Shown: positions 20,908 through 30,030 of the stretch, one piece after another
Numbering within the stretch: position 1 is the first letter of the stretch
How the letters are laid out: the number at the start of each line of letters is the position of its first letter
Virus record (IMG/VR): IMGVR_UViG_3300042864_000640
Coordinates: 1,394 to 65,393 of that record
Direction: 5' to 3' (one strand)
Source of the DNA: a virus
Taxonomy: Duplodnaviria > Caudoviricetes
DNA length: 64,000 nucleotides
Notes under the pieces: generated by a model
Told to the model about the DNA's origin: nothing
What the model saw: only the letters and a program-made list of their open reading frames with translations
Database searches by the model: none
Program-made: the position numbers and the translations under genes

Positions 20908-21803
20908 AAAAAATAGTTATTACAACATTTATAATGCCAAATGAAATTGATGATTTGGAAAGAATCTTAATGGATTTAAATAAAGCATCTAAATACGTTA
21001 AAGGTGAAAATTATGAATTATATTTAGCACTTACGGTATCTGATTTTTTAGTTGATTGGGATAATTCCAAATTAGATAAGCAATATTTTATTGATAGATT
21101 TAATAAACTAAAATCATTAACCGAATGGGCAGGTAAAACCTCATTTCATATCAGAGAGGATATAATGGGTTGTACATCATTAAGAAGAATTGCTCACAAT
21201 GAATGTACTGATGCAACTCATTTTATTTGGTTGGATACTGATATATGTTTTGATGATAGAATTTTATATTACATTGAAGCAAGTATTGATAGAATCGCTG
21301 AAACCGATAATTTACAAAAATACATTATCAGTCCCGAATGTGTTAAGATATGGGATACAACTTGGGATTGTTTAGTAAATGAAAATTTCCTAAATAAAGA
21401 AGTTGGATATTGCAGAATTAATAATCCATTTATAGATAGTGGTGAAGTTGGTGATGTTACATTGGAAACAGTATTAAATAATGTACCGGGTCAACCTAAG
21501 ATGAAATTTGGTGGAGGTTGGTTTAATTGTTTTTCGAAACCATTATTGGACAGAGCTCCGTTGCCAGAATCGATGGGACACTATGGACCGGATGATACAT
21601 TTATTATGTGGGCTTCTGAAAAGTTGAATCAAAATGGCGAACAAATGTATCAGTTTAAATTGAAAAACTATGTTGTTTGTGAAAATTATGTGTATAGAGA
21701 TAGAACACATTATGATACATTAATAAAGAGAATTGATAGAAAAGATGATTTTAGAAATCAAGCTAATAAATCATTTGAATTGGAAATTAATAAAATAGTA
21801 TAG
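20904..21803 (+). CDS. GT-A fold glycosyltransferase-like
   Basis: WLDTD (DxD), YGPDD. Confidence 0.6.
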   Translation: MKKIVITTFIMPNEIDDLERILMDLNKASKYVKGENYELYLALTVSDFLVDWDNSKLDKQYFIDRFNKLKSLTEWAGKTSFHIREDIMGCTSLRRIAHNECTDATHFIWLDTDICFDDRILYYIEASIDRIAETDNLQKYIISPECVKIWDTTWDCLVNENFLNKEVGYCRINNPFIDSGEVGDVTLETVLNNVPGQPKMKFGGGWFNCFSKPLLDRAPLPESMGHYGPDDTFIMWASEKLNQNGEQMYQFKLKNYVVCENYVYRDRTHYDTLIKRIDRKDDFRNQANKSFELEINKIV

Positions 21804-21831
21804 TAATTATTAACGGTTCTTATTTTTTTGG

Positions 21832-21840
21832 ATATTTATA
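21832..21840 (+). promoter_or_regulatory. Putative phage late-promoter motif ATATTTATA (representative copy)
   Basis: The same 9-mer lies shortly upstream of starts at 27794, 31171, 40009, 49268, 49685 and 60442. Function is inferred. Confidence 0.55.
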
Positions 21841-21866
21841 TCCGTATATATACAACTAATAGCAAT

Positions 21867-22274
21867 ATGAAATTTGAAGTAACCAACCCAAAAGCTTGGA
21901 AAGCTGTAAACGAGAAGAAAATTCCAATGAAACATAAAATTAAAGTTTATGAAAAATTGGGTGGAGCATATCGTTTAGGAGAAGATGGGGGAGAGCAAGT
22001 ATTCAACAAAATGACTGAATTACTTAAACATAGAATGCAAGAAGGCGATGATAATTCTTCACCAGAAGAAACATTGGCAGGATTGAAAGATATGGCAATG
22101 GGTAATTTAGAAAGAATTGCCGATTATGCGAATATGATTGAAACCAGAATGAAAGATGGACAGGAGTTAGACTCTTGGATGTACTCTCAACTTACAGTTG
22201 CATTGGAAAATCTAAATTCAGTACACGATGCAATGGATGGAGATGATGGTAAGCGTGAACCTTTTAAAATTTAA
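21867..22274 (+). CDS. Hypothetical protein
   Basis: ORF after the ATATTTATA motif; ATG at 21867. Confidence 0.6.
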   Translation: MKFEVTNPKAWKAVNEKKIPMKHKIKVYEKLGGAYRLGEDGGEQVFNKMTELLKHRMQEGDDNSSPEETLAGLKDMAMGNLERIADYANMIETRMKDGQELDSWMYSQLTVALENLNSVHDAMDGDDGKREPFKI

Positions 22275-22280
22275 TAATTA

Positions 22281-22598
22281 ATGGAAAATTTGTATTCAGT
22301 ATTAATTACGGCAATTACCGTATTAGGTGGGACAGGGGCTTGGAGATACTATGAAAAAAGAGCTTTAAATAAAGAAAGAGATGATGAGTTTATCAGACAT
22401 GATTGTAAAGACCGCATTTCTAAATTAGAAGGATTATTAGAATCATCATCGAGAGAAAAAGATGACCTTCGTCAAATGATTTTAGCTCTTACAAAAGAAG
22501 TAGCAGCACTATCTGTTAAAGTTGAATATCTTACAAAAGAAAACGAAGAACTTTATAAGAAAGCTAGAACTCCAAAGAAGCAAACATTAAATGGTTAA
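22281..22598 (+). CDS. Membrane-anchored coiled-coil protein
   Basis: N-terminal TM helix followed by heptad repeats. Confidence 0.6.
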   Translation: MENLYSVLITAITVLGGTGAWRYYEKRALNKERDDEFIRHDCKDRISKLEGLLESSSREKDDLRQMILALTKEVAALSVKVEYLTKENEELYKKARTPKKQTLNG

Positions 22599-23430
22599 TA
22601 ACTTTACATCTGGTATGTGGAATGGTATGAAAGTTGAGTTCGGAAAAGTATATTCGAACTTAAACGCTTTCGCATTTAATCCATTAAACGAAGCCGGTGA
22701 TAAAAAGTTAAGAGTATTCGATTTTGATGATACATTAGTTCAAACGAATTCACATATATACATTACAAATAAAAATGGTAAGGAATCAAAATTAACACCC
22801 GGTGAATATGCAATATATGAACCAAAAGAAGGTGATAAATTTGATTTTTCTGATTTTGAAAAAGTAAAGCAACCACAAGAAATCAAAGGTGTTACACGAT
22901 TACTCAAAAATATCGTAAGAGTGGGTGGTTCAGAAATTGTTATACTAACCGCTAGAGCCGCATATAAACCAATTAAGAAGTATTTATCGGATATCGGATT
23001 AAAGGACATATTTGTAGTAGCATTAGCCGATGCCAATCCACAAAAGAAAGCAGATTGGATTGAAGATAAAATAAAAGATGGAGTAAATGATGTATTCTTT
23101 ATAGATGATTCTCACAAAAATGTTGCAGCTGTAAAAGAATTATCTAAAAAATATCCAAAAATATCATTGAAGGTTAAGCATGTTCAACATACAACGCCGG
23201 CTTTACCTAAGAATAATGATAAAACTTCTACTCAATCTAAAAAAGAACCAACTAAATCAAATGATATGAGGGGAAACGATATGAAATTAAAATCACTACT
23301 TCCAAAAGATTTAGAAAAGAAAATTAAAAACCCAGAGACGGGTAAAATGATTAAAGTAACTTCGGCATTAAAATACGATAAAGATACAAAAGCATATAAA
23401 GCAGCTCAATTTGCATTAAAAAAGAAATAG
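22591..23430 (+). CDS. HAD-superfamily phosphatase-like protein with C-terminal repeat domain
   Basis: FDFDDTL, ILTAR, FIDD; the C-terminal KNPETGKMIKV domain is shared with 60468..61214. Confidence 0.75.
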   Translation: MVNNFTSGMWNGMKVEFGKVYSNLNAFAFNPLNEAGDKKLRVFDFDDTLVQTNSHIYITNKNGKESKLTPGEYAIYEPKEGDKFDFSDFEKVKQPQEIKGVTRLLKNIVRVGGSEIVILTARAAYKPIKKYLSDIGLKDIFVVALADANPQKKADWIEDKIKDGVNDVFFIDDSHKNVAAVKELSKKYPKISLKVKHVQHTTPALPKNNDKTSTQSKKEPTKSNDMRGNDMKLKSLLPKDLEKKIKNPETGKMIKVTSALKYDKDTKAYKAAQFALKKK

Positions 23431-23432
23431 TT

Positions 23433-23879
23433 ATGATATACCTTTTCACAGGTCAACCAGGTAGTGGTAAAACTACTTTGGCAAAAAAATTACAATACTT
23501 TCTTCAAACTGATAAGAAGAATTGGAGAAAATCGGTATTTCATATCGATGGAGACCAATTAAGAGAACTATTCCCAAATACCGATTATTCCAAAGAAGGT
23601 AGAGAACGTAATATTCAAAAAGCATTTGATATTGCTAAGTATTTGGATAGTAACAATAACGATGTTGTAGTATCATTAGTTTCTCCTTATAGAGATTTGA
23701 GAGAAAAGTTAAAATCCGAATGTAATGTTCAGGAAATATATTGTCATACTAAAAAAATGAGAGGGAGAGAAAGCTTCTTTGCATTAGACTATGAACCACC
23801 AATTGAGTTTTATATGGATTTAGATACATCCGATTCTCCAGATAGTACATTTAATAAACTAATAAAAATTTTGATTTGA
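23433..23879 (+). CDS. Adenylylsulfate kinase-like P-loop kinase
   Basis: GQPGSGKTT, IDGD.LR, SLVSPY, YEPP. Confidence 0.8.
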   Translation: MIYLFTGQPGSGKTTLAKKLQYFLQTDKKNWRKSVFHIDGDQLRELFPNTDYSKEGRERNIQKAFDIAKYLDSNNNDVVVSLVSPYRDLREKLKSECNVQEIYCHTKKMRGRESFFALDYEPPIEFYMDLDTSDSPDSTFNKLIKILI

Positions 23880-23913
23880 TATACTTATTAGTATAAAATT
23901 AAATGTTATTAGT

Positions 23914-24504
23914 ATGGAAAATGAAGAAGTAGAAGAATTCTTCCCAAACATAGAACCCAATAGTAGAACTACAAAACGAGGATTAGGCGCAAAGCCTCTA
24001 TTGGAATCTCAAATTAAAGCCGCACAAGAAAAATCACGATCTGCATTTGAAGCAGCGAGAACATTGGGTGTATCATATAACACCTATAAAAAATATGCTA
24101 AATTATATGGTTTATTTGAAGATTTAAAAAATCCATATGGTATTGGAATTGAGAAAGCTAAGAAAATAAAAAACAAAAAATATCATATAGATGATTTAAT
24201 TGCCGGAAAGCATATTAGATATCCATTGCATAAATTTAAAAATAAATTATTCGATAGTGGGTATGTGCCAAAAGTATGTGGTAGCTGTGGATTTGGCGAA
24301 GAAAGAGTTACCGATGGTAAAATGCCATTACTTATAGATTTTTTAGATGGGAACTTAAATAATAGAGTATTAGATAATATTCGACCTCTTTGTTATAATT
24401 GCTTTTTCCTATTAGTAGGTGATAGAAATGTAAAACATTGGTACGAAGAAAACGGATATGCAGATGAACAAAATATACAGGAGCAAAGTCCCGTTCAGGA
24501 TTAG
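23914..24504 (+). CDS. HTH + degenerate HNH/Zn domain protein
   Basis: AARTLGVSYNTY; CGSC...D..DG..NN...N...LCYNC. Confidence 0.6.
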   Translation: MENEEVEEFFPNIEPNSRTTKRGLGAKPLLESQIKAAQEKSRSAFEAARTLGVSYNTYKKYAKLYGLFEDLKNPYGIGIEKAKKIKNKKYHIDDLIAGKHIRYPLHKFKNKLFDSGYVPKVCGSCGFGEERVTDGKMPLLIDFLDGNLNNRVLDNIRPLCYNCFFLLVGDRNVKHWYEENGYADEQNIQEQSPVQD

Positions 24505-25495
24505 TTTAGGAGGTGGTGGAACTGATATGGTATCATATTCAAAAAACCACACCGGTGCCGTTATCAATGTAACTTTACATTTATTTACGCATACGTCTCT
24601 TCGATTGAGAGATGATATGTCGGTTACGTTTGAATGGGTAAATAAGAATGAAATAGAGGAGCATTCCTTTTCGAATGAGTTAGATTGTTCATATGGATTA
24701 AAGCTCTTTAAAGCAACGCATAATCACATATTCAAGCGTTTTAATTTAGAACCGATTGGATATGATATAGTTACATATCAAGATGTACCAACGGGTAGCG
24801 GATTAGGCACATCATCTACGCTTATAGTTTCTTTAATTGGGGTTTATCAGGAATTATTCAATCTACCATTGGGTGAGTATGATATTGCCGATATGGCAGT
24901 TCAAATTGAACGTAATGAATTAAAAGAGAATGGTGGTAAGCAAGACCAATACGCAGCCGCATTTGGTGGTTGGAACTATATGGAATTTAAAGGTGAAGAT
25001 GTTATTGTAAATCCATTACGGATTAAAGATAAAATACAAAATGAATTAGCAAATAACATAGTTTTATATTATACGAATTCATCTCGTAAAAGTACTGATA
25101 TATTAGAAGAGCAGATAAAACGAATTGAAAATAATAGTAAAACATCTTTACTTTCTTTACATGCATTAGTTGAACAAGCGAAAATGATTAAAGATTGTTT
25201 AATCAAAGGTAACATAGATGGATTGGGTGAAATATTAGATTATGGATTCAAACAAAAATCTCAATTAGCAAGTAATGTTATCAATCCAAAAATTAATAAA
25301 ATTTATGAAACAGCTATACAAGCCGGCGCAACCGGTGGTAAGATAAGCGGAGCCGGTGGGGGTGGGTTTATGATTTTCTATTGCCCGAATAATACAAAGT
25401 ATAAAGTTATAAATGAATTGGATAAATTAAACATTGGATATTATCAACCATTTACTTGGACACAATTTGGTCTTAGGACTTGGCAAATTGAATAA
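24464..25495 (+). CDS. hddA: GHMP sugar kinase (D-glycero-D-manno-heptose-7-phosphate kinase-like)
   Basis: PFRISLGGGGTD, PTGSGLGTSS, GGKQDQY, GKISGAGGGG. Confidence 0.85.
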   Translation: MNKIYRSKVPFRISLGGGGTDMVSYSKNHTGAVINVTLHLFTHTSLRLRDDMSVTFEWVNKNEIEEHSFSNELDCSYGLKLFKATHNHIFKRFNLEPIGYDIVTYQDVPTGSGLGTSSTLIVSLIGVYQELFNLPLGEYDIADMAVQIERNELKENGGKQDQYAAAFGGWNYMEFKGEDVIVNPLRIKDKIQNELANNIVLYYTNSSRKSTDILEEQIKRIENNSKTSLLSLHALVEQAKMIKDCLIKGNIDGLGEILDYGFKQKSQLASNVINPKINKIYETAIQAGATGGKISGAGGGGFMIFYCPNNTKYKVINELDKLNIGYYQPFTWTQFGLRTWQIE

Positions 25496-25516
25496 TTTTC
25501 CGTATATTTGTAAACT

Positions 25517-25840
25517 ATGATTACAGTAACAGAAACAGCAGCTAAAAAACTAAATTCACTCATTGAAGAAAGTGGGTTTAAAACGCCGTATGTTAGAGTA
25601 TCAGTAAAAGGTGGTGGATGTAGTGGTTTATCATATGACCTTTCATTTGATACCGAACAAAATCCGGCAGATACATTGGCAGAAGATAAGGGAGTAAAAA
25701 TATTAGTAGATAATAAATCATTACTTTATCTATTTGGAACTGAATTGGAGTTTTCGGATGGACTAAATGGTAAAGGATTTCAGTTTATCAACCCCAACGC
25801 ATCTAGAACATGTGGATGTGGTGAATCATTTTCATTATGA
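25517..25840 (+). CDS. iscA: A-type Fe-S carrier (IscA/HesB family)
   Basis: GGGCSG and NPNA..TCGCGESF. Confidence 0.92.
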   Translation: MITVTETAAKKLNSLIEESGFKTPYVRVSVKGGGCSGLSYDLSFDTEQNPADTLAEDKGVKILVDNKSLLYLFGTELEFSDGLNGKGFQFINPNASRTCGCGESFSL

Positions 25841-26400
25841 TATCTGATATAATAAAAAAATCAATAGAATTAAAGGAGAATATTTTATTGGATAAATCAT
25901 TACATACAATGATTTACAATTCAATAGATGTTATAGTAAACGCTTTTCAAAGTGGTAACAAAGTTATGTTTTGTGGTAATGGTGGAAGCGCAGCAGATGC
26001 ACAACATTTAGCAGCTGAATTATCTGGTAGATTTTATAAAGATAGAAAGGCATTACCTTCTGATGCATTACATTGCAACACTTCATATTTAACCGCAGTA
26101 GCAAATGATTATAGTTATGATGTTGTATATTCGAGATTAGTTGATGGTACTATGAATAGTGGTGATGTATTAATTGGATTATCAACATCAGGCAATTCTA
26201 AAAATATCATCAACGCATTCAAAACCGCTAAAGAAAATGGAATTATCACAATTGCATTGACAGGAGCATCCGGAGGTAATATGGGAACATTGGTAGATTA
26301 TTTAATAAATGTACCCAGCACCGATACACCGAGAATACAAGAAGCACATATAATGGTAGGACATATTATTTGTGAATTAGTAGAATTAAAATTATTTTAG
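25837..26400 (+). CDS. gmhA: Phosphoheptose isomerase
   Basis: CGNGGSAADAQH, STSGNS, RIQEAH. Confidence 0.93.
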   Translation: MISDIIKKSIELKENILLDKSLHTMIYNSIDVIVNAFQSGNKVMFCGNGGSAADAQHLAAELSGRFYKDRKALPSDALHCNTSYLTAVANDYSYDVVYSRLVDGTMNSGDVLIGLSTSGNSKNIINAFKTAKENGIITIALTGASGGNMGTLVDYLINVPSTDTPRIQEAHIMVGHIICELVELKLF

Positions 26401-26402
26401 TT

Positions 26403-26594
26403 ATGGCTAGATTAGAACCAAACGTTAAAGACAAACCACGTAAATTTGAACACATCTACAAAGATGATGATGGATGCGAATCGATTTGGAAATACGATTT
26501 AGATAAATTTCCAAATGGACCTATATCAGTAGAAAATAAATATCCTGCTGGTTATATTAAAGAAATGGAGTTGAGAAGAAAAAGAGGAAGATAA
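26403..26594 (+). CDS. Hypothetical protein
   Basis: Short coupled ORF. Confidence 0.55.
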   Translation: MARLEPNVKDKPRKFEHIYKDDDGCESIWKYDLDKFPNGPISVENKYPAGYIKEMELRRKRGR

Positions 26595-26649
26595 TTTGGA
26601 AATGAAAAAAAGTTTCCTTATATTTGTTTAATAATTAAAAACTTAAATT

Positions 26650-26823
26650 ATGGCTAAGAAGCAAGAATTGTTCGAACAAATGACCAAATTGTGGGTAACA
26701 TTTGTAGACGAACACAACAAAACAACAAAGGTATCTCAAAAGAATGCTAGAACAGCAATTGGCGACTTGAAAAAGTTGGTAACCGAATATCGTTCAGCTT
26801 CTGTAGAAGAAACCAAAAATTAA
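26650..26823 (+). CDS. Hc1/histone-H1-like small protein (57 aa; below the ORF-track cut-off)
   Basis: MAKKQELFEQMTKLW...NARTAIGDLKKLVTEYRSASV; has its own promoter and downstream terminator. Confidence 0.65.
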   Translation: MAKKQELFEQMTKLWVTFVDEHNKTTKVSQKNARTAIGDLKKLVTEYRSASVEETKN

Positions 26824-26826
26824 CCC

Positions 26827-26858
26827 AAAGGGGTGCATGAAAGTGTACCCCTTTATTT
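26827..26858 (+). terminator. Intrinsic terminator
   Basis: AAAGGGGTGCA-TGAAAG-TGTACCCCTTT followed by T-rich sequence. Confidence 0.7.
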
Positions 26859-26900
26859 TAAACAATTAATAATTATTTTAAAAACAAAAACAAAAAAGTT

Positions 26901-27107
26901 ATGGCAAAGTTTTATTCAGTATGTGTAGCAATCGAAGTAGAAGATGCTAAAGGTAAAATCAAAAAACAAAAGGAAAACTATTTAGTAGATGCGTTATCCG
27001 TAACGGAAGCAGAAGCTAAGTTAGTTAAGAAGTTCGTAGCAGAAGCAGTTAAGCTTGAATACGAAGTAGTAAAAGTATCAGAAACAAACATTATTGAAGT
27101 ATTCTAA
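26901..27107 (+). CDS. DUF4494-like protein
   Basis: KK.KENYLVDALSVTEAEAK motif of this Bacteroidetes family. Confidence 0.7.
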   Translation: MAKFYSVCVAIEVEDAKGKIKKQKENYLVDALSVTEAEAKLVKKFVAEAVKLEYEVVKVSETNIIEVF

Positions 27108-27108
27108 T

Positions 27109-27357
27109 ATGGAAAAAGAACTCAAAGAAGAAAAGATACTAGTTCTTAAAAGAGTTCCGCCAGGAGATAGATGGGTATTTGCCGATGGTAATCAGAAAGG
27201 CATTTACCCATCTCTTACTGATGCTTTAGAAGGTTGGTATCAAATCAATGGCGATACCAATTTTTACATAGAAGCAAGAAAGGGAACTGTGGAAATAGTA
27301 AAACAAGCTGAAGTGGAAAAGGTAGTAAAAAGATTCTCATTATATGGCGAAGATTAA
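27109..27357 (+). CDS. Hypothetical protein
   Basis: LKRVPPGDRW; ATG at 27109. Confidence 0.55.
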   Translation: MEKELKEEKILVLKRVPPGDRWVFADGNQKGIYPSLTDALEGWYQINGDTNFYIEARKGTVEIVKQAEVEKVVKRFSLYGED

Positions 27358-27772
27358 AAAATTAGTAATCGCAAGTGGATATTTCAATCCATTACATAAA
27401 GGACATATAGAATATCTTAAAAAAAGTAAAGAGTTAGGAGATTCACTTATAGTCATTATTAACAATGATATGCAAGTTGGGTTGAAGGGCTCTAAGGTGT
27501 TCCAAGATGAATTAGAAAGGAGGGATATTATTGATGAATTAAAATGCGTTAATTACACTCTAATATCGATAGATGATGATAGAAGTGTAAAACGCAGTAT
27601 AGAATTCATTTATAAATTCATAAAAGCTGATAAATACATATTTACCAATGGTGGTGACCAATTTGGTGATACCATTTTGGAAAAGGATTTATGTAATGAA
27701 CTTGGAATAGAATTAGTAGATGGGTTGGGTGATAAAATCCAATCTTCATCAGAATTAAAAAATCAACTCTAA
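27344..27772 (+). CDS. HIGH-family nucleotidyltransferase (RfaE/TagD-like)
   Basis: SGYFNPLHKGH, NGGD, terminal SSS. Confidence 0.88.
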   Translation: MAKIKKLVIASGYFNPLHKGHIEYLKKSKELGDSLIVIINNDMQVGLKGSKVFQDELERRDIIDELKCVNYTLISIDDDRSVKRSIEFIYKFIKADKYIFTNGGDQFGDTILEKDLCNELGIELVDGLGDKIQSSSELKNQL

Positions 27773-27829
27773 TCACTTAATCTAAAATTTTTTATATTTA
27801 TATTTAATTGTAAACAAAAACAAAAACAA

Positions 27830-28087
27830 ATGAGCACATTCGTATTATTAGTAGTTGCCGTAGCCGTAGCAGGCGCAGTTACTTATATCCTTATGAAGAA
27901 GGGTACAATCGCTGATGAAAACAACAACAACATTCCTGATGCAATCGAAGAGAAAGTTGAAGAAGTTAAGGTTGTAGTTAAAAAAGCAAAAGCTAAAGTT
28001 GAAAAAGCTAAAGAAGTTGTAGCAGAAGTTAAAAAAGTAGCTGATAAAGTTACAAAGCCTGCAACTAAGAAAGCCTCAAAAAAGTAA
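27830..28087 (+). CDS. Membrane-anchored Lys/Ala-rich protein
   Basis: N-terminal TM, DENNNNIPD, basic tail. Confidence 0.6.
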   Translation: MSTFVLLVVAVAVAGAVTYILMKKGTIADENNNNIPDAIEEKVEEVKVVVKKAKAKVEKAKEVVAEVKKVADKVTKPATKKASKK

Positions 28088-28123
28088 TTAATTACATCAA
28101 TCAGAGAATAACTTAATTTTTAC

Positions 28124-28252
28124 ATGGCAAAGGCAAAATCTGCGAATACCGCACAAAAGACTTCTTTTGGAAAAAAGGGAACTGGTAAAATTAAAAAAAA
28201 CTACGGCCCTAAAGAACAAAAGCCAAAAAGATATAGAGGACAAGGTAGATAA
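28124..28252 (+). CDS. Small basic protein ending YRGQGR (42 aa)
   Basis: MAKAKSANTAQKTSFGKKGTGKIKKNYGPKEQKPKRYRGQGR*, read directly from the sequence. Confidence 0.6.
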   Translation: MAKAKSANTAQKTSFGKKGTGKIKKNYGPKEQKPKRYRGQGR

Positions 28253-28253
28253 A

Positions 28254-29246
28254 ATGATAAAACTCAAATCATTATTAACGGAGGAAGATGTTGTAAAAAA
28301 CAAAAAAACGGGTAATGTTTACGTGGTTCAATCATTTGACCCATCTAAGCACGACAAACCATCTCCTGCTGAAATTGAAAAAACTAAGCAAGCTAATAAT
28401 GGAGTACTTCCAAAAAGTGAACCTCAACCAAAACAAATCCCACAAAATACTGCACCCCAAAATCCAAAACAGGGGCAAAAGTTAGGTGGTAGCGATTTGA
28501 AAACATCTGCTGAAAAAGATAGTGGAATGCCAAAATTGAAAGATTTGATGCCAGGAATGGATACATCATCAAAATCCCTTTCACAGGTAACCCCAATTGA
28601 AAGACAACAAATCTCTACTATTATAGATAAGTTGGCTGAATTGGGTAATCAGGCAAAAGCCAATGGTGAAAAAGCACCTAACTTTAATTTATGCCAGGTT
28701 TCAATTCCAGGTACTAATTTATATTGTGATGGTAACAAAGGAATTGAAAGAGCAGATATGCCTCAATTCAAAGGAACACCTCAACCTGGTTCACCGGCAG
28801 ATAAACTTCCAAAAGATGAAAGTGGGGAAGCTGATACTGAAGAGTTCTTCAAACAAATGTTGAATAAGAAAGGTATTAAAGTATCAGAACCAACATCAGT
28901 TCCACCAGATAGGTTAAAAGCGACACAAAGTGAGCTTGTAGGGGTTAAAGTAGCAGGTATGAGTAAAGTATTGGCTGATAAGAACCATCCTGCATACGGA
29001 AAGATTACCGCACCTATATACGTTTCAAACGATGGATATGTATTAGATGGACACCATAGATGGGCGGCAGTTGTTGCACATAACGCAGCAAATCCAAAAA
29101 ATCAAATTCCAATGAATGTTAGAGTTATCGATGAACCAATCATTCCGTTGGTGAAACGTTCAAACGCATTCGCAGAGCAAATGGGTATTAGAGCTAAAGC
29201 CGCTGATACGGGTGCAGCTGGAGGACCATCACCAATTACAAAATAA
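28254..29246 (+). CDS. ParB/Srx-like domain protein with N-terminal MIKLKSLL-E motif
   Basis: IYVSNDGYVLDGHHRWAA; true start is likely 28254. Confidence 0.7.
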   Translation: MIKLKSLLTEEDVVKNKKTGNVYVVQSFDPSKHDKPSPAEIEKTKQANNGVLPKSEPQPKQIPQNTAPQNPKQGQKLGGSDLKTSAEKDSGMPKLKDLMPGMDTSSKSLSQVTPIERQQISTIIDKLAELGNQAKANGEKAPNFNLCQVSIPGTNLYCDGNKGIERADMPQFKGTPQPGSPADKLPKDESGEADTEEFFKQMLNKKGIKVSEPTSVPPDRLKATQSELVGVKVAGMSKVLADKNHPAYGKITAPIYVSNDGYVLDGHHRWAAVVAHNAANPKNQIPMNVRVIDEPIIPLVKRSNAFAEQMGIRAKAADTGAAGGPSPITK

Positions 29247-29247
29247 T

Positions 29248-30018
29248 ATGTACCCAGTTAGAGGATATCAAAAACCAGAAGCAACTTTTCACACAATAAG
29301 TGAGTGGGAAGCAATTGCGAATGAGTTTTTGGTTTTACAAAAAAAAGGATACGATGTTAGAGGTGGTATGGTTGATGATAATGCCGAATTAGTTGGATTA
29401 ATAAACAAATATTTTGGATATCAATTATATATTGAAACCGAATTATATTCAGACCTTACAAAAAAGAATGTATTAGATTTCATAGAAGATTTCATAAACC
29501 ATAGAGTTTGGGGATTGGCTGATGAATTTGCGGAATACATTGTTAATATACAAAACGATAAGATAGCATTTTTTCAAAGTAGAGGGGCAATCGAACCTTA
29601 TATCTTATTAGATAAACAATTCACTAAAGATACATATGGTGATATTAATATGGAGGTTGTAACAATGCATTGGACTTCGCCGGAAGGTATGAAGAACTTA
29701 GTAGATAGTTTACAATCGGGTTACACTTATGCGTTATCAACTTTTACTGCACAACAAAAGGAGTTTTTTAGACCTGAAAGTAATGTTTTAGTAAAACTAA
29801 AAGGTAGGTTGGTAGCCGCTTTTCAATCGGATGTGAAATCTTTCGCAACCGATAAAGGAAATAGAGCAGCTAATTTATTTAGATTCTCTTATCCTGATAA
29901 TGAGAACAATCTTTGTAAGAATTGGAATGAATGTAAAGAAAATAAAACTTCTTTATGGAACGAAATCATCGTTCAACCAATATCTATACTTGATTATAAA
30001 ATAGTAACTAAATATTAA
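29248..30018 (+). CDS. Hypothetical protein
   Basis: Long ORF; ATG at 29248. Confidence 0.6.
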   Translation: MYPVRGYQKPEATFHTISEWEAIANEFLVLQKKGYDVRGGMVDDNAELVGLINKYFGYQLYIETELYSDLTKKNVLDFIEDFINHRVWGLADEFAEYIVNIQNDKIAFFQSRGAIEPYILLDKQFTKDTYGDINMEVVTMHWTSPEGMKNLVDSLQSGYTYALSTFTAQQKEFFRPESNVLVKLKGRLVAAFQSDVKSFATDKGNRAANLFRFSYPDNENNLCKNWNECKENKTSLWNEIIVQPISILDYKIVTKY

Positions 30019-30030
30019 ATTCAAAAAATT

